Source: Antedon mediterranea
Lineage: Eukaryota > Animalia > Echinodermata
DNA: 64,000 nt
Reading direction: 5' to 3'
Assembly: GCF_964355755.1 (NCBI RefSeq)
Contig: NC_092678.1
Location: 12,584,352-12,648,351 of the forward strand
A program made the translations under genes and the position numbers. Under the pieces are notes generated by a model. The model was not told where the DNA came from and did no database searches. It saw only the letters and a list, made by a program, of their open reading frames with translations. Within the stretch, counting starts at the first letter, position 1. Each line of letters begins with the position of its first letter. Positions 53,001-64,000 of this stretch are shown here, piece after piece.

Positions 53001-56000
53001 CATATGACATTGGTCAACAAGAAAAAAAATATGTTGCCTAACAATGCATTAAATTTAATTAAATGAATTTGAGCTAATTTTGCAATTTAAATTTGGTTAA
53101 AAAACTGTAGACTGTAAATTGTAGACCTCACAGGCTTTTTCATCATTTTGTGTTAATGATATTCAGGTTTTGAATTTATAAAGCGCAAATAACAAAAAAA
53201 ATCTTTAAGCGCTGTGAACAACATTCAAGTGAAAGTTAATCAAGAAAAAGGCTGAAAGCGGAATTCCATGAAAACATGTTACCTAATTATTATGCACTAA
53301 AATGTGTCCCTTCACTATAGAGTACAGTACTTATTAACAAGGCCAACAGCCATTAAGTCGCGTGCTACAATGCATAGTGATACCGACAGACAGACAGACC
53401 GACAGACAGACGGACCGACCGACATAGTGAACTATACTGACCGAAATTACTGAACATGTTTAAAAATGTTGAAATGTTTAAAAACATTTATATTTTTTTA
53501 ATTTACACGTGCGTAGCCTGTCACTTTTGACGTGCTCGTATAACGTAATTTCGAGTTGAAAAGTAAGTCAAGAAAACAGAAATCGGGCAAAATGAGTGCG
53601 TAATAACATTTAACGCGCAGTGCGCGCGCAAAAATCTGCGCACTCATGGCAATTTTGTAAACGCTTAAAATTGCCTGAAACGTACTCTTATTTCATCGAA
53701 AATAAATTTTGAAAATTTTAAGCGCGCGTACGCATGCGTTACATGCGCTACGCACGTAATTGTATTGCCATATGATGATTTATGCCCTGAAATTTATGAG
53801 TACCAAATTTTATTTAATTGTGATTCATGGTTGTTAAGATATGATTACAAACGTGATTTCGTTAAATCGTGCGTAGACCGCGTAATTTTTTATTGCGCAC
53901 CGTGAAAACATAACCACATCGATTCCTGGCAATAAGGAATATTCTGTGAAAAATTGACTTAGCTAGATTAAACTGATATCAAGATAAGGTCATAAAGCGA
54001 TAAAACGCATAGTGATACCGGACCGACAGACAGACAGACAGACCGACAGACAGACCGACCGACCGACATAGTGAACTATAGAGTCGCTTCCACGCGACTA
54101 AAAACTAAAAAAGTTAACACAACTTGGTTAAACTGTAAAGGTTATCTTTAAAGTTGGTTTAAAAAAACAAATCATATTCAGTTTAAATGAAAAACAAAAA
54201 CCACAATATTAAAGTAAAAATAATTTGATTTAAAATGTTACACCACAAATATTTTCCCCATTTGTTATTCAAACATGCAGCAAGTTTTCAATAAATGGAA
54301 TGAACAACAATATGTAAGGGAGGTAAACATAAAATGTGGTACAAACAATGTAACCATATCAACAACAAAAAGAATAAAACAATTTGAATGCAAACAAATT
54401 AACTGAAATAAAAAAAAAATGTTGAGTGCAAAAGGTAAAAAACCCCAAACTTTACCACAATGAACAGAAAACTGTAAAAGCTGTGGAGAAATGGTATGAT
54501 ATTAACTTGAGGCAAATTAAAAAAAAACATGTTGTGATACACACTACAGTGAAACACCTTCTTTGAGACCTCACTATTAAGGGAATACACACCTCTATTA
54601 AAACACTACTGTCATTTGAAATGAACAAGGGCAATATTGTTTCAACATTATGGCCAATTACCTTGTTTAGTGGACACTTTCTTGTGAAACAGACAAAGGG
54701 TAATGTGTTTTAACACTACGCTAACCACTATTCAGGAGACATCTTAATTAAGGCAAAGTTTTTTTTTGAGTTGATGTATACTTTAAAATGCCAAAAAATT
54801 ATACAACTCTTATAATTTCGGTTTGTAAATTCAATTTGAGACAATATTTTCTAGTACTGGCTAGATTGTGTGGAATTTGAAACAGTATATAAAACATACG
54901 TAAAGATGGCTCACTAATAATAATAATTGAAATGTGCAGTATTAAGGGTAAAAAACTTACTTCTCTTTAACAGTAACTTTTGAATTGCTGTCCAACATTT
55001 TGATGAAAGTTAACAAGAAACTCTTGTTAAGAAGAAGCTCTGAAAGTTGTTGTAAACGTTTTGTAATGTTCTCACTATCCTAAGTAAAGTAAATGATTAG
55101 AAAATAAATAATTAATACACAAATATTTATTTCATATAATTAATTTTATTGATCAGAGTGTTTAAACGCAAGAAATTGGAATGTTGATCGTTGTCTAAGA
55201 ACACCGGGACTTTTAAGGCCAAAGATTACCGTACACCTTGCGTTAGATAATTAACCTAACGCTGTGAGTCTGAACACACCCTTAGATTCTAGGACAACAA
55301 ACAGAAATGTTTGCTGCTTAACTGTTACTTTGACCACTATCACTCATCCATATTTATTGCATATGACCATGGAGTACAACTCGGGTTGTAATACAACTGA
55401 ATAGGAAATAGTTGAATGTTAAGTATTTTCGTTCATAGTTGTTTTAACTCTTTCTAATTATCACTTCATAATATCAGGCGTGGGAGTGCCTCCCCAATAC
55501 ACTCCAAAAAATGACCTGAAGTCGTGCCATTTACCGCACGTTTGGTAAACTTTTACACATGAAAAACAGCAAACCTAGATCACACTATGTGCTGAGGAGT
55601 ACAATGTGTAGCACACTAGCAATTTTAAAGAGACAAAGCCTGTGATATGGTATAATATGAGTGGAGAAAATAAAGAAACTTACTTTGTTTTGTGAATCTG
55701 GAATATGTTCAAAGCCATTGAACATCATGTTACAGACATATTGTTTGTGAGTAACAAAAGGCATTACAATCCCTTGAAAATCATCTGCCGTCAAATCAGT
55801 CAAGTAAACAGTTAAATCAGCGAATGCTATTACAAAAATAAATAAAAATGATAAGTTTGTGTTTACTAAGTATTTAACCAAATATTCTACACTATGTTAT
55901 AATGTTCTTTACAAAATATTCACATTTCTATACTTCATTCAATATGATTGTGTTTGTATTTTCTCTATGATATTTAATTAATATGTGAAGGGAAATTTAT

Positions 56001-59000
56001 TAATATCAACAAGGTAAGTACAACATTTTAAGTATACATAAAATAGTGAGATTAATAATGTATGAACAGTTGAATGATACTAATTACAATCCTTTATCTA
56101 AATTAAAATAGAAAAAACATTGAAAAAAATGTTATCTATATATAAATTTACGTAAGGGCAAAATTCGGTAAATCGCGCCTTACTTCTAGAATTTTCACTC
56201 GATGGTATGTAAAGTTGGTTCGTACTTTCGGTACTTATTTTAACCGCCTGATGTAACCCTGTTTACTAATTAAATTGAGTTAGATAATTAGTTATTGACG
56301 ATTAAAACGAATTTAGGTTCAAAGATTTGCCCCAAATAGGGGTGTTTTCCGATCGTGGTATACACTGTCTAATGGATGTCCATCTTGAAAAATACCCGCC
56401 AAAAAAATGCGAGGAGGCTTCGCATTTTTCTATCTCCTCCTACGATAATTGTTTTTAATAGCTGAAAACCGGTTGAACAGCTAGAGTACACCATCATAAT
56501 GTTGAAGACAGGCCGATTTTCTTTAAAAAATACTATTTTGATAGATTTAATATACGATTATAAAAATGTATTGATTTGCGATGAATGGAACATCCCAATC
56601 TCTCAGTCTGCCAGAGTTGGTTTAACACAAGTACTGTAGGTAAATTTATGAGCCCTTGGTTTAACACATACGGTAGGTAAATATATGGGCCCTTTGAGAA
56701 TAAACTTGCAATACTTTGACAATACTGTAAATACCTATTAACTATTTTTCATTTGAATCGAACATTTCTTACTGTGAATGTTCGTACTGTTAGATGTAAT
56801 ATAAAAATATATACAAATAAACTTTATTACTGAGACTGTGGATAGGCTCTACTGTTAGATATACAAATAAACTTTATACTGACAGTTCCTTCTCAACGTT
56901 TGTATAATTAATAATTACCAAAAATATAAACGTCGTAGTGGTGTATCGTGACATGTACTTTAATATTTCAATCGATTATGACAGTGACAATTTTAACAAA
57001 GTATTAAATCGCAAATGTTTTAGGCCTACTGTATTTAGAGGTATATTATTTATAGGCCTATAAAACATGAACAAAATATTTCGTTACTCAGTGGATAAAG
57101 AATATATTTAAAAATTGTTCCTCTTTGTACCTATCCGCTTTCCCATCCCTCAACCCTAATGTTACATAGCGAGGAGGCTTCGCATTTTCCTATCTCCTCC
57201 TACGATAATTGTTTTTAATAGCTGAAAACCGGTTGAACAGCTAGAGTACACCATCATAATGTTGAAGACAGGCCGATTTTCTTTAAAAAAATACTATTTT
57301 GATAGATTGCTAGAGTACACCATCATAATGTTGAAGACAGGCCGATTTTCTTTAAAAAATACTATTTTGATAGATTTAATATACGATTATACAAATGTAT
57401 TGATTTGCGATGAATGGAACATCCAGTAGTTTGGTTTAACACAAGTACTGTAGGTAAATTTATGAGCCCTTGGTTTAACACATACGGTAGGTAAATATAT
57501 GGGCCCTTTGAGAATAAACTTGCAATAGGTTCGGAAAATGTTAAAAACCAATTTCTATTATTTGAATCGGTAAACAGTTTCCATTTATTATACATTGATA
57601 ATGAAACATGAAATATTCCTATTTATGTCCCTCGAGGTTCATTACAATTTATATTTAGTAGTCCCACGGACTTCATCTTAGCCACTCCCCCGAGTGCTAA
57701 GGCCAAATTTATGATACCCTACTTTCTATGTAGTTACAGTTAGTTCTTGACGATAATAATAATACCACGAATTTAGGTTACACCCTTCGGCCGCGAAAAC
57801 GTTTCTGTACAAATATGATACCGATTGGCTTTATTTCATTCAACAGCGACCATAATCTCGGCAATTACAGGATAGATAAACTATTTTATTATTGATGTGC
57901 TTATAAATTAAGACTCATGTAAACAGCTTGATTACATCATTTTACAGACAAACGAAACTTTTTTAAACCTACTGTTTCAAAAACTGAGTATAATACTGTA
58001 TACGTTTTCATAAGTAAGTGCATATACATTTTCGTGTTTTCATTGACGAGATTGTAATAGTAACTTCAGTAACTATTACAGTACTTATTTATTATACGAC
58101 ACAAGACAATTGTATCTGACAGGTACGTACATTATTCTAAAAAATAAGTCTAGATAGATCCCTTAGGCGTCATAAATCACAGGCCAACAAATCAGTACTC
58201 ATGACAGAAATTCGACCCAGTTTGGTTCACACAAATGTTTACAGGAAGTTCAACACCACAACCGATGATTTGCCCTAAATATTTAGGTAGACTACAGTTT
58301 AATTTTTCACTGAATAGGAGCTTGAATTTCCGATTTCCATTTCACAGAATGTCTAGGTCTATTTATTTAGTTTGGTTCTTATAATATATAAATACAATCA
58401 ACTTTATTACTGCGGTTCCATCACCACCACCACGTGCTGCCGCCCAATTCCCGTACATACATTTCCATTTCTCCCTAATTTCTTTAATCCACATAAATTA
58501 ATTGTCCTTTATGGAATCCAGTATTGGTTTTGTTGTCTCTATTTCTGAATACCCCAATTAGGGGGACACTTCCGTTTTTGTTTAGTGTCCCAAAAAAGTC
58601 CCCGTCCGTGGATTCTACTGTATTCGAGAACCATCTGTGAGCACCCCTAGATGGTACGCGAGCGAAGCGAGCGTGCCATCTAGTTTTTATAATTATACAA
58701 AATATGAGAAAAATACTTTTTTTTTAATTAAGGTTGTATGACAAATCTATACTGGAAGTCATTATTGCCTACAATCTGCAACTGTTGAGTTGGTCAGGGT
58801 TGGGTTTGGGAGTAGTATCATGGCACAAATGGAATTGTTCACCTAAGGAATGTACAGTACAGCCAGGTATACATGTATTAAGAGGCAGTTGTAAAAATTG
58901 TATATTCTGGCCAGTAAGTTTCATCCACTAAGACACACAACAGAATGCTGAGTACTTTGGCAATAAAACAAATATGAGAATTCTGTGTACATAATTGAAA

Positions 59001-62000
59001 TATTGGGACATACTTATGAGAATTAATGACATTTTACCAGTTTAAAAGTACAAATTTATTGTATTATAATTATAATGGTTATCCTGCAATTTGGTCAGTG
59101 TTATGCCCAAATAAGGTCATGTTATGCCTAAATAAGGTCATGTTATGCTTGATTTTAATGATTCACCTGATTGAGCTTCTTCCTGTACTTCTTCTTGAAT
59201 TCTTTCCATTTCAACATAAACTTTTTTGTTTTCTTTGTCATATTGTTTAATTCTTCGTCTATGGATCAGAAGAATGATTAAGAAGAGAAGTATTGCAACA
59301 CCTATTACTGAACAAACTACAATAATTATTTCTACTTGAATTTTGGAAGAATATTCGATGGGCCCAAACGTCACATTAATGTTACCATGCTGAATCTGAA
59401 AAGAAAAAAATTGAATTATAATACTATACACCATTATTTTGTTTTTTGTAAAATAATATTTTGAACTTTTATATTTTGCAGTAGTTTAAAAAAATTCTAA
59501 AAAGCATTTAAAAACATAAATTCTTGGTTGTTGTGGAAAAAGAACAATCATTAATTTGGATATTATACACATAATGAATGTTTATGAGTTGATGGTTAGA
59601 ATATTTAATAATTTGAAAGATTGACTGCTCCCATTTAACGGGTACCAAGAGTACAATCATAGAGGTGTTATAAAAGCCATTATTTGTGATAAAAGATATG
59701 TCAATTGCAGAAGATTTGGCAAAATCAGGAGCAGAGTATTTTATTTTTAAATGAGAGGTTACCTCACTTGGCTTTTAATTGAACTAAAAATTCTATATAA
59801 TAATATTATAAAATGTCCTTTTCTGTACCATGCTGTCTAAGAGGTTACTTTTAAAAGGAGGAATAATTAGATTATTATTCTTGTGATCTGGTGACCACAA
59901 ACATTTGCTTACCTTAACTATAGGATGATCTTCACCATCTACTGGATTAGGTTCCTTGTCTGGTACTTCAACAATAACTACTGTACGTGTTATTGAATTT
60001 ACAGTGCATTTAACACTTCCTATGAAGACTTCAACATCCTCAATGTCACTAGCAAGGTTGATGTCAGAACCCTAATAATAATAAATCACAATCGGTAAAT
60101 AACTGATTCAATAAGTTCTTTTTCAAATTTTAAAATAAATGTAGCTCAATAATACACTTTACACTGAACAAAAACTAACTAACTAAATAATTATAAAAAT
60201 TATGAGATTTGTGTAAACATTTTGTGCAGCAGTAGAAACTAAGTTTGGTTGCTCCTAGCACGCATTGCATGATGTAATCACAACACAAGTAACTTGACTA
60301 TTCATGACACGACTGATGGATCAACCATTGCATCATGATAATAGTCAAATTACTTGCGTTGTCAATTACATCTTTCCATTGTGTTAAGTAGAGTTGATTT
60401 AATGCTTTTACGCAATACACTGCTGAAGAAATAAAACTATATATTTACAATCAACTTTATAAATTCATCAATATCTTTGTCATATCTGTATATTCCATCT
60501 ACTACAGTCTCTCCATAATAAGACATATTATCAAAGGGATAATATATTGGATTAGGGTAAACTGAGAATCCAAAATCACCACTCAATGTAAGAACGAAAC
60601 CATCAAATGAAAAGGTCAAAGGTAAAACTGTCCGGTCTGTCTGTCGTCTGCTACGACAACCTGATGTGGAGAGATCAGCTGGTGGACTTTCACAATCCAT
60701 CTCCTCATTTGACAGAATTATACAGATCTGAAAAAACAACACATCATTTCTTTATTTATTATGTACATTAAAGAACAATTTACAAGGAATTTTCAAAATA
60801 ATTAATTAATTTTCATAAAGTCATATACTTTGCTTAAATCTGACAAAACAATTCTACTTAGTAACAATTATAATCAAAATAAATACACAAAAGGCCTATA
60901 TTGTGTAAATAAGACAGAAGAGAAATCAGAGTGTTAATGTTGGAAAACAAAAACATGATCTTAAAATTATCTTTACTTGATAATCAGATGCTTTTGGAGA
61001 TGATTTAATGTACAATTACATCAGAGAAGGACCTATGCTTGGTTACTACTAGAGATGCAACACAAGCACGCATGTAACATAAGTGATTTGACCAATCACT
61101 AGCGATTGATTATTCCAACCTTTACTTTTCATTGGTCAACTCGCTTGCGTTGGGTTTACATCCTTGAGTTGCGTCTCTAGTGGCAACCAAGCTTTAAAGC
61201 ACTCAGATTTTATGGATGGATTATGGATATATTCATATGGATGAATGATATGGATGTAAACATTGTTGACATTTAAGGAAAACCTTTCTTTCTGTTGAAA
61301 TTTATTATATTAGAAATGTAAATGTATCTAAAGCTTACATTTTCCGCTGATACGCTATTTAACAACATCGTTGCTTTCTGTACATATTGGAAATTTGTTC
61401 CGGTCACTCTGATGTTTTGACCACCTCTGCAAAAATAAGCATTTTAAACATTATCATTACATGGAATATGGTGCTTTAAGTATGAAGGAGTTTATTGATT
61501 TTACTTCCAATTCTTAAAGCCCAACATTGTCACATTGTTTTGTATAATAATTTGATACACTGACCTTTTGTCAAGGTCAGTACAGTTTGTATCTTACTAT
61601 AGTAAACAACTCTGCAGGTCTGAACTAGACTAATTGCCCCAACTTTATATTATTGTCTTTTATTATTCTAGTCTACCAGCCGGTGTTATTTTTGTCCTGA
61701 AAGCTCAAGCAGTGTACGTATGAAAGGCCATATGTGTCAAAATATTTTTGTTTTTACTAATATTAAGTCAAAACTCCGTCAGGAACCCAGATTAGGTCTG
61801 AACATTCCTTAAGACTATAATTCTCAAGTATTTTTTTAGATAATAAAATGTTTCTGTCCATTTACAAAATTAAGTATATTAATCTCTCTTCTTCGAGGGC
61901 TTGCAGCTAAGGCTATCGCTTAGGTCTAGCATTTTAAGAACATAACATAACACCAGTATTGGAACAGCTACATTTGGTGGCCAGTTGAGAAGAGAGTAAT

Positions 62001-63661
62001 GTACAAGATACTTCATCACATTTAAATCACTCCAAAACATGGCTCCAACATTTCTATCTAAAACATTTTCAAGCCAAAACGGACACTGAGGTCATCACTC
62101 AGGCCTATACCTAGACTGCCTTCAAAAAAATATTATGGACAACGCGCCTGTTTCTGGTCAGCTGCTCTTTGGAACGCCCTTCCAAACTCAATCAGGAATG
62201 CCGAATCACTCGACACATTCAAACAACTTCTCAAATCTCACCTTTTTATTTTGCATTTTCATTATTAAGCTTTTGCTCTTTTATAACATTTTCTGTTGAT
62301 TGTTCAACGCTTTGAGATGCCCTGTATTTTGCGGTATATTAAATTGAACATTATTATTATATAATTAAGAAAATTTTTCTTACGCTTGAATGCCTTTATT
62401 AGGTTGGAAGTCAGTCACTGTGGGATTTGTAGTGTAATTAAATGTAAGACCATCTCTAACAGCATTTCCAAATGTAACTGTTACTGCAACTTCAGCTCCA
62501 GATGTTGTATAGTTTGATGTTGTACAAATCATCTGGTTTTCATTGATACTGTAAAATAAATCAACAGTGGTTAGAATTTTGTAAAGATACATCCTTTTGA
62601 AGTACGCTCTAAAATTAGTAAAATAATGGTCCAGAATTAGGATCCTGGTGTGGATTGCTATCAAAAAGTAATAAAGTATTCCGTGACCATTACATCTATC
62701 TGTGGTTTAAAATCGGTAAAGATCTGTCTAATAAATAATGCAAAATATAACCTCCTTGGCAGTCCTAATAATCTACATGTCAATCTATATACAAATAAGA
62801 TTTATTTTGTAACATAACCTGCACCTACGTTAGACTAGACGATAATGTAAAGAATGTTATTTCGTACCTTGTAACATAACATTCACTTCCATCAATAGAT
62901 ACCATTACATCATTCCCAGTGTTCAGATTGGATCCACTGAATGTTAGTGTAGTTCCACCAGCTTGAATGCCAAACCTTGGACTCAACTCAGATATAAGTG
63001 GATTCTAAAATGAAATAAAAAAATGTTTAATTTAATAAATATACTAATAAAACACAGGTATTACAATCTGTATGATTAATAATTGTTTTTAATATTTAAA
63101 AAAAAAACAAATGTTTTTATACAAACATAACCACAAGTTTAAAAGTTAATATATTTATAGTATAAAAATTGGTCAGCGGAAACTATTTCATAAAATTGTT
63201 AATATCCTTCTCTTTTACTAGTAGGAATGAAAGTAGAGGAGAAGAGTGAAATTGCATTAGTTTCACTCTTATCTTGTTCTATCAGGAGTGAAAGTAGAAG
63301 AAAAGAGTGAAATTGCATTAATTTCACTCTTATCTTGTTCTAGCAGGAATGAAAGTAGAAGAAATAAGTGAATGTATCTTCCCTCTTGGCTGGTTCTAGT
63401 GTTCATTTTAATATCATGAATACCACAAGTTTACAACAAATATACATGATTACTGTAGAATAAACATTTTAAAATAACTTTAGTAATTATATAAAAATAT
63501 TTATTAAGGTTGACTCTTCTACATCAAAGCAAGATTGTGAAATTTGAGTGAAAAAATATACCTGATAGAGTATGACTACAGGTGCACTTGTCTTTCCTTG
63601 AACAGTTATGATGACGTCACGTTGAGAGACACTATCAAACACAGGAGCTTTACATTTCACA
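41054..63661 (-). CDS. Plexin paralog 2 (IPT repeats with RSRR furin site, TM, juxtamembrane helix, GAP-RBD-GAP); 5' end beyond window; visible frame open
   Basis: Exons (5'->3'): 63562-63661, 62868-63004, 62384-62548, 61339-61426, 60449-60727, 59913-60071, 59167-59395 (TM), 55684-55826, 54961-55079, 52207-52272, 51829-51903, 51190-51256, 50316-50462, 49959-50115, 46177-46289, 44419-44542, 43794-43879, 43481-43594, 43178-43344, 42896-43043, 41768-41905, 41591-41665, 41054-41191. Motifs [60 protein letters not shown]. Confidence 0.95.
42492..42892. repeat. 51-bp minisatellite, about 8 copies, abutting a plexin splice donor
   Basis: CAACACCATGTTGGACGATACTGGTCCCTGGCAGTGAACCTACTAGGCCTA units. 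Confidence 0.95.
44645..45543. repeat. 41-bp homogeneous minisatellite, about 22 copies, derived from a SINE head
   Basis: AATAAGGGCACAGTGTGTTGGACATTGGATTACTGATTGTG units; runs directly into a SINE body. Confidence 0.95.
45545..45770 (+). mobile_element. SINE body, same family as 34310-34570
   Basis: GAATCCAACTCTTGCCGCATTGCTTGTATCC..CTCTCCATCCAGGTGTATAAAATGGG..CCGGTTAGATCAAGACA shared with the reverse complement of 34310-34570. Confidence 0.8.
46500..48611. mobile_element. Non-autonomous hAT-like DNA transposon with nested related end and internal ~327-bp tandem duplication
   Basis: TIRs CAGGCCCGTATGCAG / CTGGATACGGGCCTG (14/15), G/C-run subterminal repeats, flanking direct repeat TATCT; internal duplicate 47617-47943 / 47944-48265. 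Confidence 0.8.
50630..50855 (-). mobile_element. tRNA(Gly-like)-derived SINE
   Basis: Minus strand GGAGCTGTAGCTTGGTGGTTAAAAC..GCCTTCCAATCCGAAGG..GGTTCAATCC head, then a unique body and A-rich tail. Confidence 0.7.
53336..54104 (-). mobile_element. Helentron-associated non-autonomous element (HINE/DINE-1-like)
   Basis: AACAAG...GACTAAAAA ends, inverted AGTCGCGTG/CACGCGACT subterminal repeats, (GACA/GACC)n microsatellites, terminal AGTCGC..GCGACT hairpin. Confidence 0.7.
56135..58683 (+). mobile_element. Non-autonomous Helitron (~2.55 kb) with internal duplication
   Basis: 5' A|TCTATATATAAAT; 3' hairpin CTAGATGGTACGC..GCGTGCCATCTAG|T; internal repeat ~56409-56715 vs ~57169-57527. Confidence 0.75.
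61036..61193. mobile_element. PIF/Harbinger-like MITE; related copies near 21865-21960, 36490-36610, 60240-60390
   Basis: Imperfect TIRs GCTTGGTT.C.ACTAGAGA.GCAAC / GTTGCGTCTCTAGTGGCAACCAAGC followed by TTA. Confidence 0.6.
61990..62360 (+). mobile_element. L2-type LINE 3' end in a plexin 2 intron
   Basis: [35 protein letters not shown] followed by CGCTTTGAG and an (ATT)n tail; not present in the equivalent intron of plexin 1. Confidence 0.75.
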
Positions 63662-64000
63662 CTGTGTATAGTAAATAATACAATTTCCTTTTCACTGATA
63701 TACACCACAACAATAATTATAATAAAAAAAATAACATGCAATGTTACCCCCAATTGTGAGGATGGATCGGAATAATGCATGGCACATGATGCTTAATAAA
63801 CGAACCAATCAAATAGTTTATGGATTCTGTGTGATAAGTTACAGAAGTGCTTTGTACTTCATCTTATGTTAGAATGGTGGTTTTCCATAAAAGTGTTTTT
63901 AGAAAATGTTTGTATAAGATCAGACAAATCTGAGACATCTTAACATGGTAGCAGAGTTGTCAAAGATACCCGTCTGTAGGATGGGTATCAACTACTTATA

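Noticed and set aside
8500-63840. The two plexins as an uncollapsed haplotype duplicate
   Set aside because: TM and cytoplasmic exons and most introns are far too divergent to be alleles.

Overview
AT-rich, intron-rich animal genomic DNA, probably an invertebrate deuterostome such as an echinoderm (inference). Three multi-exon genes were reconstructed by hand from GT-AG junctions and reading phase. (1) A plexin on + (509-19731, 5' end upstream of the window) is intact except for one TAG at 8792. (2) A probably secreted protein on - (21435-35094) has two discoidin (F5/8C) domains, a C-type lectin domain, a Cys-rich module and an Asp-box, with an apparent frameshift in the lectin exon. (3) A second plexin on - (41054 to beyond 64000) has an open frame in all visible exons. 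The two convergent plexins are near-identical over part of the IPT ectodomain, introns included, but strongly diverged from the TM exon onward, and both lack conserved GAP arginines. This resembles a 'paired receptor' arrangement with pseudo-GAP tails. The window also holds an orphan two-exon 3' fragment of seryl-tRNA synthetase, a hammerhead-ribozyme retrozyme/Penelope-like insert, a six-fold amplified splice acceptor, a minisatellite built from a SINE head, a probable P-element excision footprint, a Helitron, a HINE, a hAT-like element and LINE/SINE remnants. All coordinates were read by eye and no database searches were run.
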